From contig OZ037769.1 in NCBI GenBank assembly GCA_964035545.1, positions 7,607,929 to 7,671,928 on the forward strand: 64,000 nt of DNA. The letters run 5' to 3'. The translations under genes and the position numbers were made by a program. How positions within the stretch are numbered: the first letter of the stretch is position 1; every line of letters starts with the position of its first letter. Shown here piece by piece: positions 1-18,166 of this stretch. The notes below the pieces were generated by a model. It was not told the origin of the DNA and ran no database searches. It saw nothing but the letters and a program-made list of their open reading frames with translations. Origin of the DNA: Bugula neritina (Eukaryota; Animalia; Bryozoa).

Positions 1-195
1 TAATAGTTCATCTAACTAGTATTTTGAATTTGCAACATTTTCACCAATTAGATAAACACATTCAAAACTTAAACTCAACATAATTTAAGATGGTCACCAT
101 ATTTTTACATTTGCAGTTATTGTAGAAAAAAAGTTGGCTGATTTGTGTTACTGCTTTGCAACGATATTGACAAAAGAACCCCATAGCTATCTTAC

Positions 196-808
196 ATGAG
201 TGCAAACAGAATACATTTTACAATGCAGGAAGACAAAAATATAAACAAAGATATATTGTTTAACCGGGTACACAACGCATTAATAAAGACACTTTGCCAT
301 CCTGCGCTAGGTAATCTACATTTCGGTGCCATATCTTTGCTAGGTAGGCTTAATCTCGGGCTTTCTAATTGCATACAAAGTGCTAAGTGGCCAAGACTTA
401 ATACAGGACACGACTTTATAGACTAATAATGTTAGAAAAACAGCAAAAGAAATGTGGCAGAATGTGAAGATAATTTGAATCTAAACAGTGTTTAGATCAG
501 AAAAAAGTCTATATAACTTTTTTTCAACCTGTAATTTTTACCATACAAATGGTAGAATCTTACAGACCATTTAAAATGTGTGGTGCCACATGATGTGATT
601 AAATGGAAATGCTGTGGTACCTGTTGACACTATGACAATTTTCATGAGCTACCTCACGCTAAACAGCGAATATATCAGAAGCCTAATCAAATACAACATG
701 CTATTTAATAAGGAAACACAAATATATAAATGCATACCTTTTAAGCTTTGTGAACAACTTCACTTGTGCATGTGCCTGTGTCAAACCATCACCTTGAGCT
801 GCTGCCAT
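196..808 (-). CDS. Probable 5' exons of a minus-strand gene that continues off the left edge (hydrophobic segment; product unknown)
   Basis: Candidate exons with GT-AG boundaries: 808-738 (donor GTATGC), ~682/658-621 (donor GTACCA), 364-196 (donor GTAAGA). The last reads ...SPRLSLPSKDMAPKCRLPSAGWQSVFINALCTRLNNISLFIFLSSCIVKCILFAL. An in-frame TAG in the middle exon makes the true start ambiguous. Confidence 0.3.
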
Positions 809-1229
809 CTTTCTAACCTTTTCTTTCTTATATTTACGAATTAGATAGGTGATATTGAATAAGTTGCATCCAAATATGGTGCAGTCAATGTGGTGATAGA
901 ATGGTCTGTTATAACTTAATTACAACTACCACTGTCCCACAACTCAAAATTTAGATAGTGAGCAATAAAAAATATTAGTTAACTGGTAAACAATTTGTGA
1001 TCTAACTTCTAGTGATTAAACCTATAAAACTAAAACCAAAGTTTATCTAAATGTAGCTACCCAATGCATACAGTTTCTTGTGTGAAAAGCTGTACATTTA
1101 AAAAATAGAGTTGACATAAAGTTAATCATTGCAGTATATATATTATTGTAGTGACTTTGAAGCCAGACCTTGTAGCTGGTAAGCCTAAGAAATCTGGATA
1201 GCAATTTATACTATACGTACTCATATCTT

Positions 1230-2810
1230 AAAGTAATCAACATTGCGATTAACATAGTGACATTGGCCGTGAAAGTCAGAGTCACAGTGACTGAGTAAGT
1301 CAGTGCGACAGTCAAACTCAATCACATTGTCACAGTCATCGACATGATTATCCAAATCTTAAATGTTGATAATCATGATAATTATACATTTATCATCGTA
1401 TTAATTTTCAAGTTGAAGTTATTGTTAATAAAAATAATATTAACAATTAATGATGACCATAATCATAATGATGAATGGTACCTGATAGTGATGAGCGATG
1501 ATTGATAACGATATTATTATCAATATCAATATTTATATGAACATTAATATGAGAACAATATCAATTATCATACTATTTTAGTTTCAACTGTCATTAGCAT
1601 AAAGATAATTATAATATAAATATATTTATTCATAATGTGATGCTATGTTTATCACAATCTGTATGATTATGATTATGATAATCATGACAGGACTGATGCC
1701 TCAGCCTAAGGGTCATATTACACCAGCTAAGGCTACTCCTAGTACAGCAGTTTTAGTACTTGCACAATGACTATGAGGATGACAGTGACTATGACTCATG
1801 ACTCATGAGTATCAATATGAGTATGACAGTCAACATCACTGTAAGCACTATGACTATCGGTATCACAGTATCAGCATCATACTCATAGAATAGGAATCAT
1901 TCTGGTAGTGAAACTCAAACTAAATGCGATACTCAGCCGGAATTTCATAATCATGGTGATTCTCATACTGATGAGTAAGCATCAATGAGTATGAGTATCA
2001 CTATCAATATCAGTATTAGTATTACCATGTTGAGTTCATGGTCTATAAGTTTGAGATTCAGGCTGAGTATGAATATGACTATGAGTGTGAGTATCACTAT
2101 GACTATCGTCTATCATTGATTGTACATTACACTGTAAGTGTAGTGTATCAGTATGTATTACTATCAGCTACTTATCCAGTATCACCATCAATATGAATAT
2201 GAGTATTGTATTCATTTTCATATTCATATTGTAATTGAATTAGATTATGATTCCTTGACTATAACTATAAGTATAACTGTATAAGTATGAGTATCGCTAT
2301 CACTATAACATTACCTATAACTTATAAGTTATACTATAAGAGTTAAGACTAACAGTAAGTCTATTACTATTACTATTAGTGTTACTGTATTAGTATTACT
2401 GTAAAGTCAAAGTGTAATACTAATACTAATAGTAATATCACTATCAGCATCACTATCAGTATCACTATGAGTATGAGTATGTCTATGAGTTTCAGTATGA
2501 CTATTACTTTCAGTCTCGCACTCACAGTATCAGTATGAGTAACTCACTCAGTCACTGTCATTCCCACTCTCACTCTGACTCTGACTCTCATTTTCAGACA
2601 CATTCTGATTCTCATTCTGGTTCCCAATGGCAATAATAATATGAATATTATTCTGATTCATAATCACAATGACACTCACAGTCACACTGTGAGTGTTACC
2701 AACACTAACAGTGACTGTGAGTGAGTGTGACTGACACTGACAGTGAGTGTGACGTCAGGACCATCACCATGTCACAGTCTGAGTCACCAGTCACTGTCAG
2801 AGCCACAGTG
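1230..2810. repeat. Degenerate hexamer-periodic low-complexity tract (A[G/C]T-AT[G/C/T]-like units)
   Basis: Runs such as ACTATCAGTATCACTATGAGTATGAGTATG and TATTACTATTAGT; no long ORF. Confidence 0.7.
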
Positions 2811-3001
2811 TTTAGCAATCCACAATACTGGCAATAGGCATAGCTTTTGTACACCATTAAAAATTGAGCTAAAAAAATTATAGTTAAACGCTGTAGTATT
2901 ATTTAAAACCCTGTAAAACTTAAGATAACCGTAACTATAAGGCAAAAATAAGAATTTAAATTCTTGAATCAAAATGCGAAAAAAGCCATGCGTAAATACT
3001 G

Positions 3002-3172
3002 AATTGTTCTATAAGCAGCTCTGAGTTGGGGGTGACTAAGTGCGGTAGTTTGCGTTTCTCAGATTTTTAGTTGAGAGTTTCAATTGGCACTTGAAACCCC
3101 CAACTCTACGCTCAAGAATTTCAAACTACTGCACTCAGTCACTCCTAATTAAAAGCTGTTTATAAAACAATT
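3002..3172. mobile_element. ~170-bp palindromic MITE-like element, family A copy 1
   Basis: AATTGTTCTATAAGCAGCT...AGCTGTTTATAAAACAATT termini, inverted symmetry throughout; a clear second copy lies at 62444-62602. Confidence 0.8.
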
Positions 3173-5475
3173 GGTAAAACTATAACGCTTTAGCCTGTAG
3201 TTAATATATATTATGATTGCTTACTGATTAGTTCGGCGTCCACGCGAAAAGTTCGTTTCTGTTTAGGCCACAATCACGTCCCAGTCTATTTGTATGCGAT
3301 TGACCTAGCGACTTTAGGCATTTCTAATTCAAAAGTTTCAACCAATAATAATAATAAACCATTGGTTAGCTCCAATAGCGTAAAAATATCATCAGCTGGG
3401 GGTTGAGGTGCTGCTGCAGGACACTTGAATTGTTGAATATCTTACAATTGCTAATTATGTTACACTTACCTTATAGTTTATTTTACTGGTTGCCTTAAAA
3501 TATGAAATATCACAAGTTTCTGCAACAAAACCACAACTTCAGATGAACTGTATAAAAATATCCGAACACTCCAAAAACCTAAAGATACAAGAATATTTAC
3601 ACAGAATGTTGCCAATACTCATTGGAACGAGTTTGAGATATTTTAGGATCTACTAAACTAAAAGCGTTTTCAAATGGGACTCTCTGAACTTGCCTTCTGA
3701 ACTTCTTACAAGAAAGCAAAATAAGCAAAATACTCAATAGTACTTGTGGCTGTTATTATTACCACTGCAGCTTTTGTAAAATATTTTCTTTTACTTCAGT
3801 AAATACCAGAAAGTCTAGTATCGATTTTAAAAGCATGTTACCTGATAACTTTATCATACATTAGGCATTATAGTGTGAAGTAGCAGCTGTGTAAATAATA
3901 CATGTGTATAGCTAATATATTATTTTTCCAAGTTTAAAATAATTTTCAATTACACTCTGTCAGGTTATGAGGCAGAGTGCAAGCAATGCACCTCAGTAAT
4001 GAAATGTTAGTGACTAGTGCACATGATTTTAAATTACATGCATGTTATTTTTACTTGAACGTTCATATAATTTTTATGTTTACTGATTTTACAAAGGCTA
4101 TACAAATTATTGGCCTGTGATCAGAGATGAATTAAATATTAGAGGTCAGAACCCAGAATAAACTCCCATCTGAAAGCTGCAGTCATCTCAAGGTTTGAAC
4201 AAGGAATTGAAGCAGTATACATACCAGACAACTTAGCCTAGCCTCTGTCAGGGGAGAAGAGAAGGGGTGGTAGCTGGTGACTTACTTGCAAACACTTTCC
4301 CTAAATAACAATGCTATTATAGACATAGGAACTTCATCACGTACCCTTACTGCCTGATAGTCAACGCATTAAGTTGAATTATTGTTGCATTTACTATAAA
4401 CTGCATGCATGTTTTTTGTAAATTTTTTTCTTTGATGTGAATAAATATGCATGCATCATAACATGTATGGGTGTAGAATATAATAAATTACAGCAAGATT
4501 TTTCAACTACAAACTTTATTATTTCTTTAATACAATATTTATCAAACAAAGATTTCTGGACTTGCATAAGAGGGATATAATTATTGACAGCAAGTACACC
4601 CAATACATAGTAATGCATTGTTTTGACAAAAAAGTTTGCAGTGCATGCTGTCAAAATGTATCTTCATCAACAAATATTGTAGGAATTAGTTTGTATTTCA
4701 CTGAGCATTATTATGAAACTTGCACCACCACAAACCTGTTTTTGGTATTCAACAATATCATGGTGCATGCCCTGACATTTATTAGCATAAAGACCACTAC
4801 ATAGCACTCTGACTGTAGCTATGAAGTGACCTAATTTCTGGTCAATATACTTCACATTAAACTTTATTTGAACAACCTTTTATGTAAAAAAGCTGCACTG
4901 AAAACATGTTATCATAAGCTTTTTAATGCATGACTAGAAACATAAATATAAATTCACTTAGCTATTTCACAAAACAGGAAGTTACAAGTGTATAATCACT
5001 AAGTTGGACAGCAACAAACTAGAATCTAGCAATAAGGTGTAGTGACGATGTGATGATACCGTTGTCTACAGTAATATGGGCATTTGAGAAATATATAATT
5101 TAAAAAAAATTTATGTGATATTGTATCAGATTGTATTATATTACATAATTTTGATCCTAATATAATATAGCATATTATATAGCATTGTTTTATAATATAG
5201 TATATGCATTATATTGCATTGTATTATACTGTTTTATATAATCTTGTAAGGTAACACTATATTGTAATGTAATATAAAGAGTATTTTATAATATTTTAGT
5301 ATGTAATGTGCAATAATATAATATTGTATTTTACTATCTTATACTGGATTTTATTATATTACAATATATTGTATAATTATTATGAAGATAACCCTGAAAA
5401 TAAATAACAGAAAAATATTTTATAACCATCTATATTAGACTATTTTTCAATGACTACTGTTAGATCTTAATTTAT

Positions 5476-6107
5476 ACACTGAGGTGAGCTAGAGTAGTAA
5501 TGTATCAACACATCTAGGTGAGCTAAAGTAGTAATGTATCAACACACTAGGTGAGCTAGAGTAGTAATGTATCAGCACACTAGATGAGCTAGAGTAGCAA
5601 TGTATCAACACACTAGGTGAGCTAGAATAGTAATGTATCAACACACTAGGTGGTCTAGAGTAGTAATGTATCAACACATTTAGGTGAGCTAGAGTAGTAA
5701 TGTATCAGCACACTAGATGAGCTAGAGTAGCAATGTATCAACACACTAGGTGAGCTAGAATAGTAATGTATCAACACACTAGGTGGTCTAGAGTAGTAAT
5801 GTATCAACACATTTAGGTGAGCTAGAGTAGTAATGTATCAGCACACTAGATGAGCTAGAGTAGCAATGTATCAACACACTAGGTGAGCTAGAATAGTAAT
5901 GTATCAACACACTAGGTGGTCTAGAGTAGTAATGTATCAACACATTTAGGTGAGCTAGAGTAGTAATGTATCAGCACACTAGATGAGCTAGAGTAGCAAT
6001 GTATCAACACACTAGGTGAGCTAGAATAGTAATGTATCAACACATGTAGATGAGCTAGAATAGTAATGTATCAGCACACTAGGTGAGCTAGAATAGTAAT
6101 GTATCAA
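5476..6107. repeat. 33-bp minisatellite (CTAGGTGAGCTAGAGTAGTAATGTATCAACACA), ~19 copies with a 133-bp higher-order unit
   Basis: Direct reading; the variant GGTCT recurs at 5652, 5785 and 5918 (133-bp spacing). Confidence 0.95.
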
Positions 6108-7390
6108 ACTGTATGCCAATATACTTGTAACTAAATAGCATATTGATTAGTATGTTAGTTGTATATGTTTGTATGCAATCATTCCATGGCAATATGGGAC
6201 ATTGACTTATGCATGTAACACTATATTTATCTCAGTATGTAATAGAAAAAATAATCTTTTAAATAAATCAACTTCTTTACTTGCATATGTAAAATAACCA
6301 CCAAATATTTGCTGTCTAATATTTGCTGCCGGCTTGTTAAACCTCACCGTAGCCTGGCATCATATTCTCTAATCAATAATACAAAACAATATTTTCATTT
6401 ACTTAGTCTTCACTCTTGAAATATTATTTTTCATCATTGCTTTAGTGATCCTTCAATGCCGCATGTTGTATATAAAGTATTAATTCACATTGCTAATTGT
6501 TTGCCTATTGTTGCCATCAGTCTCACTATACTTGACCAGTTATTAGTCTACTGTGCTTAGCAACACTGTACAATCAGCTTTTATCCAATCACTTTGAACC
6601 AACCAAACCAGTAGTTAAACACAAACAATTCTTGTAATAGGTTCTTAATGTGCTTTTATTGATAAAATAAATTACGTGTTAAGACTATTTTAATAAACTA
6701 TCGTATGTGTTTAAGTAGAGCTGCAAAGGTGTGTAATAGCTATATGTACAGAAGTTTCTATAACTGCAGTTTGTGGTTAGTATAAGTTATATTATTTCAT
6801 GTATGTCACTGTTTTACTATAGTGAATTCGTGTGATGTTTAAGCAGGCTAAGGATAGTTTACAAGTGACTTCTTCTTACAGAGCTGGTTTAGTAGGTGTT
6901 AGTAACCCACAACTTCCCAAGTAAGTTCCTGTTCAGCTGAAGATATAATGCACATCACATATAATCTACATGTGAATATAGTCTAAATTTCTTGTTAACT
7001 TTGTATGTAATGCTGTTCTATAAAGCTGCAGCTTCTTACACTTGTCTATGCTCTAGATTACGTATTGATATGAATTAAAATAACCCTTGCTTGTTTTTTA
7101 CATGTTAGGTTTAATTGAAAAGCCCCACAAGTTTTTAATTCTATTTCAGCAGTCCTGAAATTTGGGATATAGATATTTTTCCTGCAGGCCATAAATGTTT
7201 CACATTATTTGAATAGTGTTGTAACTTAAGATATGTGCTTTAGATTCTAGAAACTACATGAAATATTACATGTAGTTATAGAGATATTTTATATTCTACT
7301 TTGATTAAATAAAATACTTTGTTATAATAAAAAAAGTTATAAATTAAGAGTCAAAGTGTATGTAGTAATAGTTTGTATCCTTCTAGAACA

Positions 7391-10300
7391 ATGGCAGCTC
7401 AACCATTTCACAGAATGGCACCTGTGCCACCTCATCTCTCCTACAAGCCTGAGATTAGCACATACATGGACCATTTCAGGGTGCCTAGGCAGCCCCCCAG
7501 AAGAAGATATGTTTTGCCACCGGTAAGAATGAACTGCTACACTAATTATGTTTGGTACACTATATTCTGGCAGTTCTAGTTTATCAACTTATATGTTTTG
7601 TTCTCTTTGAACAATGAAAAGGTTTCACATAACCTGTATGCTTGTCAAAGTATGCCAGATAAGTGATTGCGCTTTTTTCAAAGCTACACACTCAAGCTGT
7701 TTGTGTGTATATTACATGAATTGCAAAATATTACATAAGTGGAAGCATGCAATAACCTAACAACCACTACTTAGAGGTATTATAAACTACTAAAGATATT
7801 AAAATAATCATGCCATTCCTCGCTCTGTATCCATGATGTAAGCTACCTTTACAAATTTAGTCATTACATTGGGCTTTCACAATAGCAGACACAACCTTTT
7901 ATTTGTTCTTTCATTATAATATAAGAATTCATGTTCATGTATTTAAAGTATAATGGCCCCTTAAATGCTTTCAGCTACTAATTATGGAAAAGGGTTGTTG
8001 AGATGTTTATCATAGTTATTCTGTCACATTGAGGGTTTTTAAATTACATCTTATGACATGCAAAATGTTTTAAATGGTTTAATTTATAAATAATCATATT
8101 TGCACTCAATTTCTAATATTTTATTCAAACAACCCATTAGATGCTACATTAATGGTTTTATTTGAGAAATGACATGTAATATAAAATAAGTTACTTCAAT
8201 TATATTATTTTACAATAAATTGCTTTAGCTACAATTTGTAAAATTAATTATGTCACACGATCAGTATAGGTGTCAGCCACTCAAGTAACCTTACACTACC
8301 TGCCACCAACTGCCACTAACTGCCACTAACTGCTTGTTGTATTATAGTCTCTAAACCTCCAGCAATTGTAACCATTAAGCCATCAAAACTTTTAAGCATG
8401 AAAATGGAGGAATCATATGACAAATGTATATAGAAATATAATAGACCATGTTCTATAGTCAAAATAATGCTTGTAGCATTATATGCAGCCTACTAACATT
8501 TTAATAATATAAGATGAATCCCACTACTCACTGACAAATAACAGGTTATAGAATGTATTTTACAGGAATTTCTATTACGAGCTCGACCAGCATCAGCTAA
8601 ACCTGCGGCAGATATGAACCCCGGACCTCGAATGCCTAAGGTGAAGGTATGTACAGTAACTAGCCAATACTTCGTAGTATAAATTATAAAAGTTACTTGC
8701 TAGAATCAATAGTCAATTAAAGCTGTAGGTTCTGAGCTAGCTTTGTTATAATTGTCCTCCATATAAAGTTACCAGCTAATGGATACTTCTAGTCTACCTG
8801 ACACACAAGTTAAAGGTTTGATCTCACTTGGCAAAATAATGAGACAGCTGATTAAATTTATTTTTAAAACTCGAATCATTTGTGAATAGAGAACTGAAAC
8901 AGCTACATTTTTTAACGCTGCAAATAAATCACCAGTGAAGCTCGCTTATTTTTATTTAACGAATTACAGATTTATATTTAGTATTAATGTCACATTTACA
9001 CTTATAGTCATTTATAAAGTATTAATATAAATATGCAAACAAAAGACAACCTGCATCACTTTTACAGTGTCTCAGTTGATAGATTCTGCTGGTCAAGTAG
9101 ATTGTCCGCTCCTGCCTTTTCTCCTAGTTTACTTTTTCATATGTTTTACTCATTGCAGTGTTTTGATTCGTGAAATATTTGCTATGTAACTGTAACTTTG
9201 CTTTCTTGTTGAAGACTACAGTCAAGGACTACATGGATTCAATGTTGAAAATGACAGGCAATGATTTCCCTGTATACAATGCTAGAGTTGATATACCATG
9301 CAAGTCTGGTGAGTTTATTACATACAAGTCTATGTACACCCAACTATACAAATTCTCTTTACGTCTGCATAAAGCTAATTGTGATGATAATTGTGACTGC
9401 TTTAGCTCAACCTAGTGACAAGCAACGAAGAGATTTGAACAGGATTGCAAGAACAGGGTTTGGTATTTCAGATACAAGTGCGAGGGACATCGTGAGGAAA
9501 GACCGTAAGTATTAATGGCTTGTATTAAAAGGCTCTCACAAACTGTGTGTCTAGTTAGAGTTATCCCCCATCTGCTTTTGCATTGTGCTTCATGATCACA
9601 CGCAACACTATGATAACACTTTCAGCAAGTAAGCTAGCAATAACCTATTGAATGCAGTACGTTTTACACATTTAGTAAAGTATCTTAGCAGATTGACAAT
9701 GTTCTCTGATTAGATAAGCAATTTCAAAAAGTTTATGTACAAATTTTTTAAAAAGCTTCATTAATTACAATTTTGAGTGCTGCTCTTCTGCCATCACAAT
9801 TCTAATTGTGGCCGGTTTCAACTTTTTCGTTATGCTTGTCACGTTCACCACTTTTCTAGTGCAAAAGCTAGTCATAGCAGTATAATTATTGTATCGTCAA
9901 AAACAAAAAATATCTCCAACATTCAAGTAATTATCACGTGGACACTTTTTAGTACTAAGCCATATCTTCGGGCTAAAAGGTTTTATTTGGTGCAAAAAGA
10001 TGCATTTTTAAGCTGATGTTAGTTTATTTATACTTTTAAATATTCTTCTAATCACTAATCATAACCATAATAAAGGTTTTGCACAAACATTCTGCACTGC
10101 TAACACTTTACATCAAATATTATGTGCTAATCCGTTGTTTTCCTTAATTCCGTGGGGCACTAATTCTGCAATTCAACTTACTATACTATCTTGCAACTCT
10201 CCCAACCCTCTCGCTTAATTTTACCTGCCTGACACATTAACCCTGCAATGCCTTTGTTCTGTACACAAACCTTGCACTGTTTCTTTTGTTTTTCAGGCTC

Positions 10301-10790
10301 TGTAGATTTCTATCACCAAGAGCACAAAGTCACATGTAACAAACCTCTACCTGATAGATCGCCTCTTAAATCAGCTCCCCAAGCTCACACTAACAAGTTA
10401 GTCAGCAATAGCCACCCTAGGAAGTTGGTAGCCAACTCTGACTCCCATTGGATCTGCTGGAATTCTGGTACACCAGAACCTCCAGGTCTCCAAAAGCGCC
10501 TGCATCGCCCTTGGCCAACCCCCGAGCCTCCAAAAATTTTAGAGGAGAGTTCTCGCTGTTTTAGTCGGGTTTCTCAGCACCGCAACAGTGCAGTGGGCCG
10601 GCCAGCTACCAACACTTTGTTGCCTGCTAATCCTACTCAGCCTATCCCTGATATGATTGGGTCGGATGGGACCCACCCCTCACTTACTATGGCTAGAGAG
10701 CAGGCCTATACTCCTCAGCCAGCCAACCTTCCTAATAGTCAGTCATTGGTCCCTAAGAAATCCGGTCACCCAATCCCATATGTCCTTTAG
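7391..10790 (+). CDS. Uncharacterised 299-aa Pro/Arg-rich protein, 5 coding exons
   Basis: Exons 7391-7522, 8566-8646, 9215-9308, 9406-9504, 10297-10790. All introns are GT-AG with consistent phases (0,0,1,1), total 900 nt. MAAQPFHRMAPVPPHLSYKPEISTYMDHFRVP...KKSGHPIPYVL*. Confidence 0.8.
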
Positions 10791-12245
10791 ACCACAGGCT
10801 ATACTTGGTCAACTACCTCACTTCGTAAACACCGCTGTGGTTTGAAAAGCACCTGTATAACACCTTGTCTAGCCTCACATTATATCGCAGATTACCTGCG
10901 GTGACTTGTCTATAAAGTGATATGCTTTCAACAGCTTTATTTTAACTTGTAGACTCTTACATATCGTTTGGTATATTTTTGTAAACTGGTTTACAGCTCT
11001 GCTTGATATCTGACTTAATTTGGAACTTTGATCAACTTTAGCAGAAAGGCAATTTTCATGTAATAGTATTTAAGATGACTTTGTGATGCACAGCTAGTTA
11101 TGATATTTATATACTGCACCATAAACTAACACCTTATTTATGTGATATTCATAATTCTGCTGTTTTCTATAGCACATTATCACTGTGATCACAAACCAGG
11201 TATGGTATCAACGTATCACTAACAAAGGGTGTAAGCTCCATCTCACAGTCTGTACTTAAACTTTGCTGTGTCCATATGATTTAGTCAACCAGAAATGATT
11301 CTGTTTTGTTGGTGAATTTTGCTGTTTTGCTAGGTACATGGTAATCTTTTTATGTTGAAGAAGTGTCCTTGCTGTGTGATTTTTGATAATAATAATTAAA
11401 ATATTGTTATGCGAGTAAATAATGTATTATTCAGCTTTAGCTGCTAGAAATTGCTGTGAATAATTGAAATAATAGTGATTTATTAGATTAACAAGTCTGT
11501 GAGATTTAGCAACAACTTTATGCATGCAAATGCATTAAATATTTTGCAATTGGTCTATGCTGTTTGTGCCTTCTTGTGTTCGAAGTTATGTGCTTTTATT
11601 CATGAATATGGCAATTATACTGCTGTGGCTGCACACTCTTTGCTCAATATTATAACATCTTTTTCTATGGATAACTAAGGATTGTAATATATTTTCTTAT
11701 ATTTTATATATTAATTGTATTTTTCTAATCGTTGTCTGTAATAAAACAAAATATTTGTCTGTCTTGGTATATTTTAAGAGTTTGTGGGTTGCATTGTACT
11801 TTTAAGTTACTAAAACTGTATAGAGGCACTGCTATACCTGTAACATACGTAGTTGTCTGTTTAAAATGTTGATCAAATTTAGATGCATGACTTTTAAAGC
11901 TCTCAACTTTGTTTTCTGTTTTGAGAAGGAAGCATATCAAAAAACTGCTGCAAACACCTTTCAGCATCTTTAGACTGTATAAGAAGTAAGTTTTAGAGAA
12001 ATAAACAAAAATTAATTTACACTAATTTCTTTTAGAAAACCAGTAATGATTAAACACAGCATGTTTTACACACTCTACATTAAGGCATAGAAAAACAAGC
12101 AAATTTTCAAAAACTCGAATATCCCTATTGGTTAGATGGTAAATGATATGATATATACAAAAAAATCTACTAATTTTTATTGAAAACACAAATGTTTGCT
12201 AGCAAGCTAAAACATTCATGTTATAAAATTGTTGTCATCTCAATG

Positions 12246-12293
12246 CATTTGGCTCAATTTTTGTGACTGCTGTCACAAAAATTGAGCCAAATG
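12246..12293. repeat. Perfect hairpin, 22-bp arms with 4-nt loop
   Basis: CATTTGGCTCAATTTTTGTGAC-TGCT-GTCACAAAAATTGAGCCAAATG. Confidence 0.95.
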
Positions 12294-12807
12294 GTATTTT
12301 CACTATACATTATGTTTCTTTTCATAAAATTGTGCAGTTTAAAAAACCTTCCATTTCCTTTACTACTAAATATTGAGTTTAGCCAAGTGATAGTTCAACA
12401 TAGCCCTATTATATTATATTTACATTAAACATTCAGAATTTCTCTCAAAAGTGCATTACATAGTTTTGTTAATTGCTACTGAATATGAAATATCACTGAA
12501 TATGCAAATCTGTATTTCAAATTTAAATACAGACTTACATATTCAGCTATATTTTCATATTCAGTAGTAATTAACAACCTATGTAATGCATTTTTGAGAG
12601 AAATTCTGAGTATGTTTAAAACAATTAATACATTACCAATTACTAATTGATAAAAAATTAATTTGTTGCCATCATTATTATTCAAAAAATGCCTTTGTGC
12701 GCAACACTGAAAGATTTGTTTTTGTGAGGCTGTTGACATGAAAATCGCACTTTTTGTTTTACTGAAAACTAAACTGAACTTGCTTTATTCGGGACATCCA
12801 GGGCAAA

Positions 12808-17442
<4,635 letters not shown>

Positions 17443-18166
17443 ATCATTTATTTTATAAATAATTATTTTGACTGTTTCACCTAGTGCTAATAAACGTATG
17501 CTGAACTACACACGACCTCTCTGTTTGTTCTTCTAGCTGTACACTTTCACAAGTTTATTACTCTTGATACAGAGATAGTACTTTGAGGGAAAACCAGTTA
17601 CCTATATAGAAACTTATTAGTGACAATTAGCTTTCACCGTATAAGAACGCATAAAAAATCTACTATAACCTTAACATAATAACTTTTATTTGTACTTTCA
17701 AAGTTACAGATACCACATAATATAATAAACATGTTGATATGCATTATGTCAGTAATACCTCACTGTTTACATATCAAAATATAAGTCACCATTGTATATT
17801 CCATAGCATATCTATGAGTATAATATTAAAGCCATAATGCTAATGTTGTGAGTTAATAATATTTATATACAAGTGCAAAACTAGATTCAGTCGAAAAGTT
17901 TTGCTGAATGCACAACAATTACCATGCATGAACCAAAAGATTGAATTGTGCACCAAACTTATAGTAGTATTTGTATAATATTTTGTATCTGCTATAGTAG
18001 AATAAATGGTGATATGAACTACTACGCATAACTTCAGTAAATAATAATAATTATTCTTCAGTAAATTTATATATCCATATTTTAGAATAAATTTTCTTAA
18101 ATACCGCTGGAACTGCACTAGTGTGCCTGTGTTTATAAAGTATAATATAATTAAATTGAAAGGTTT

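Noticed and set aside
5476-6107. CRISPR-like appearance of the 33-bp repeats (also the 38-bp array at 42959-43408)
   Set aside because: Head-to-tail tandem units with no unique spacers, no cas genes, eukaryotic context.
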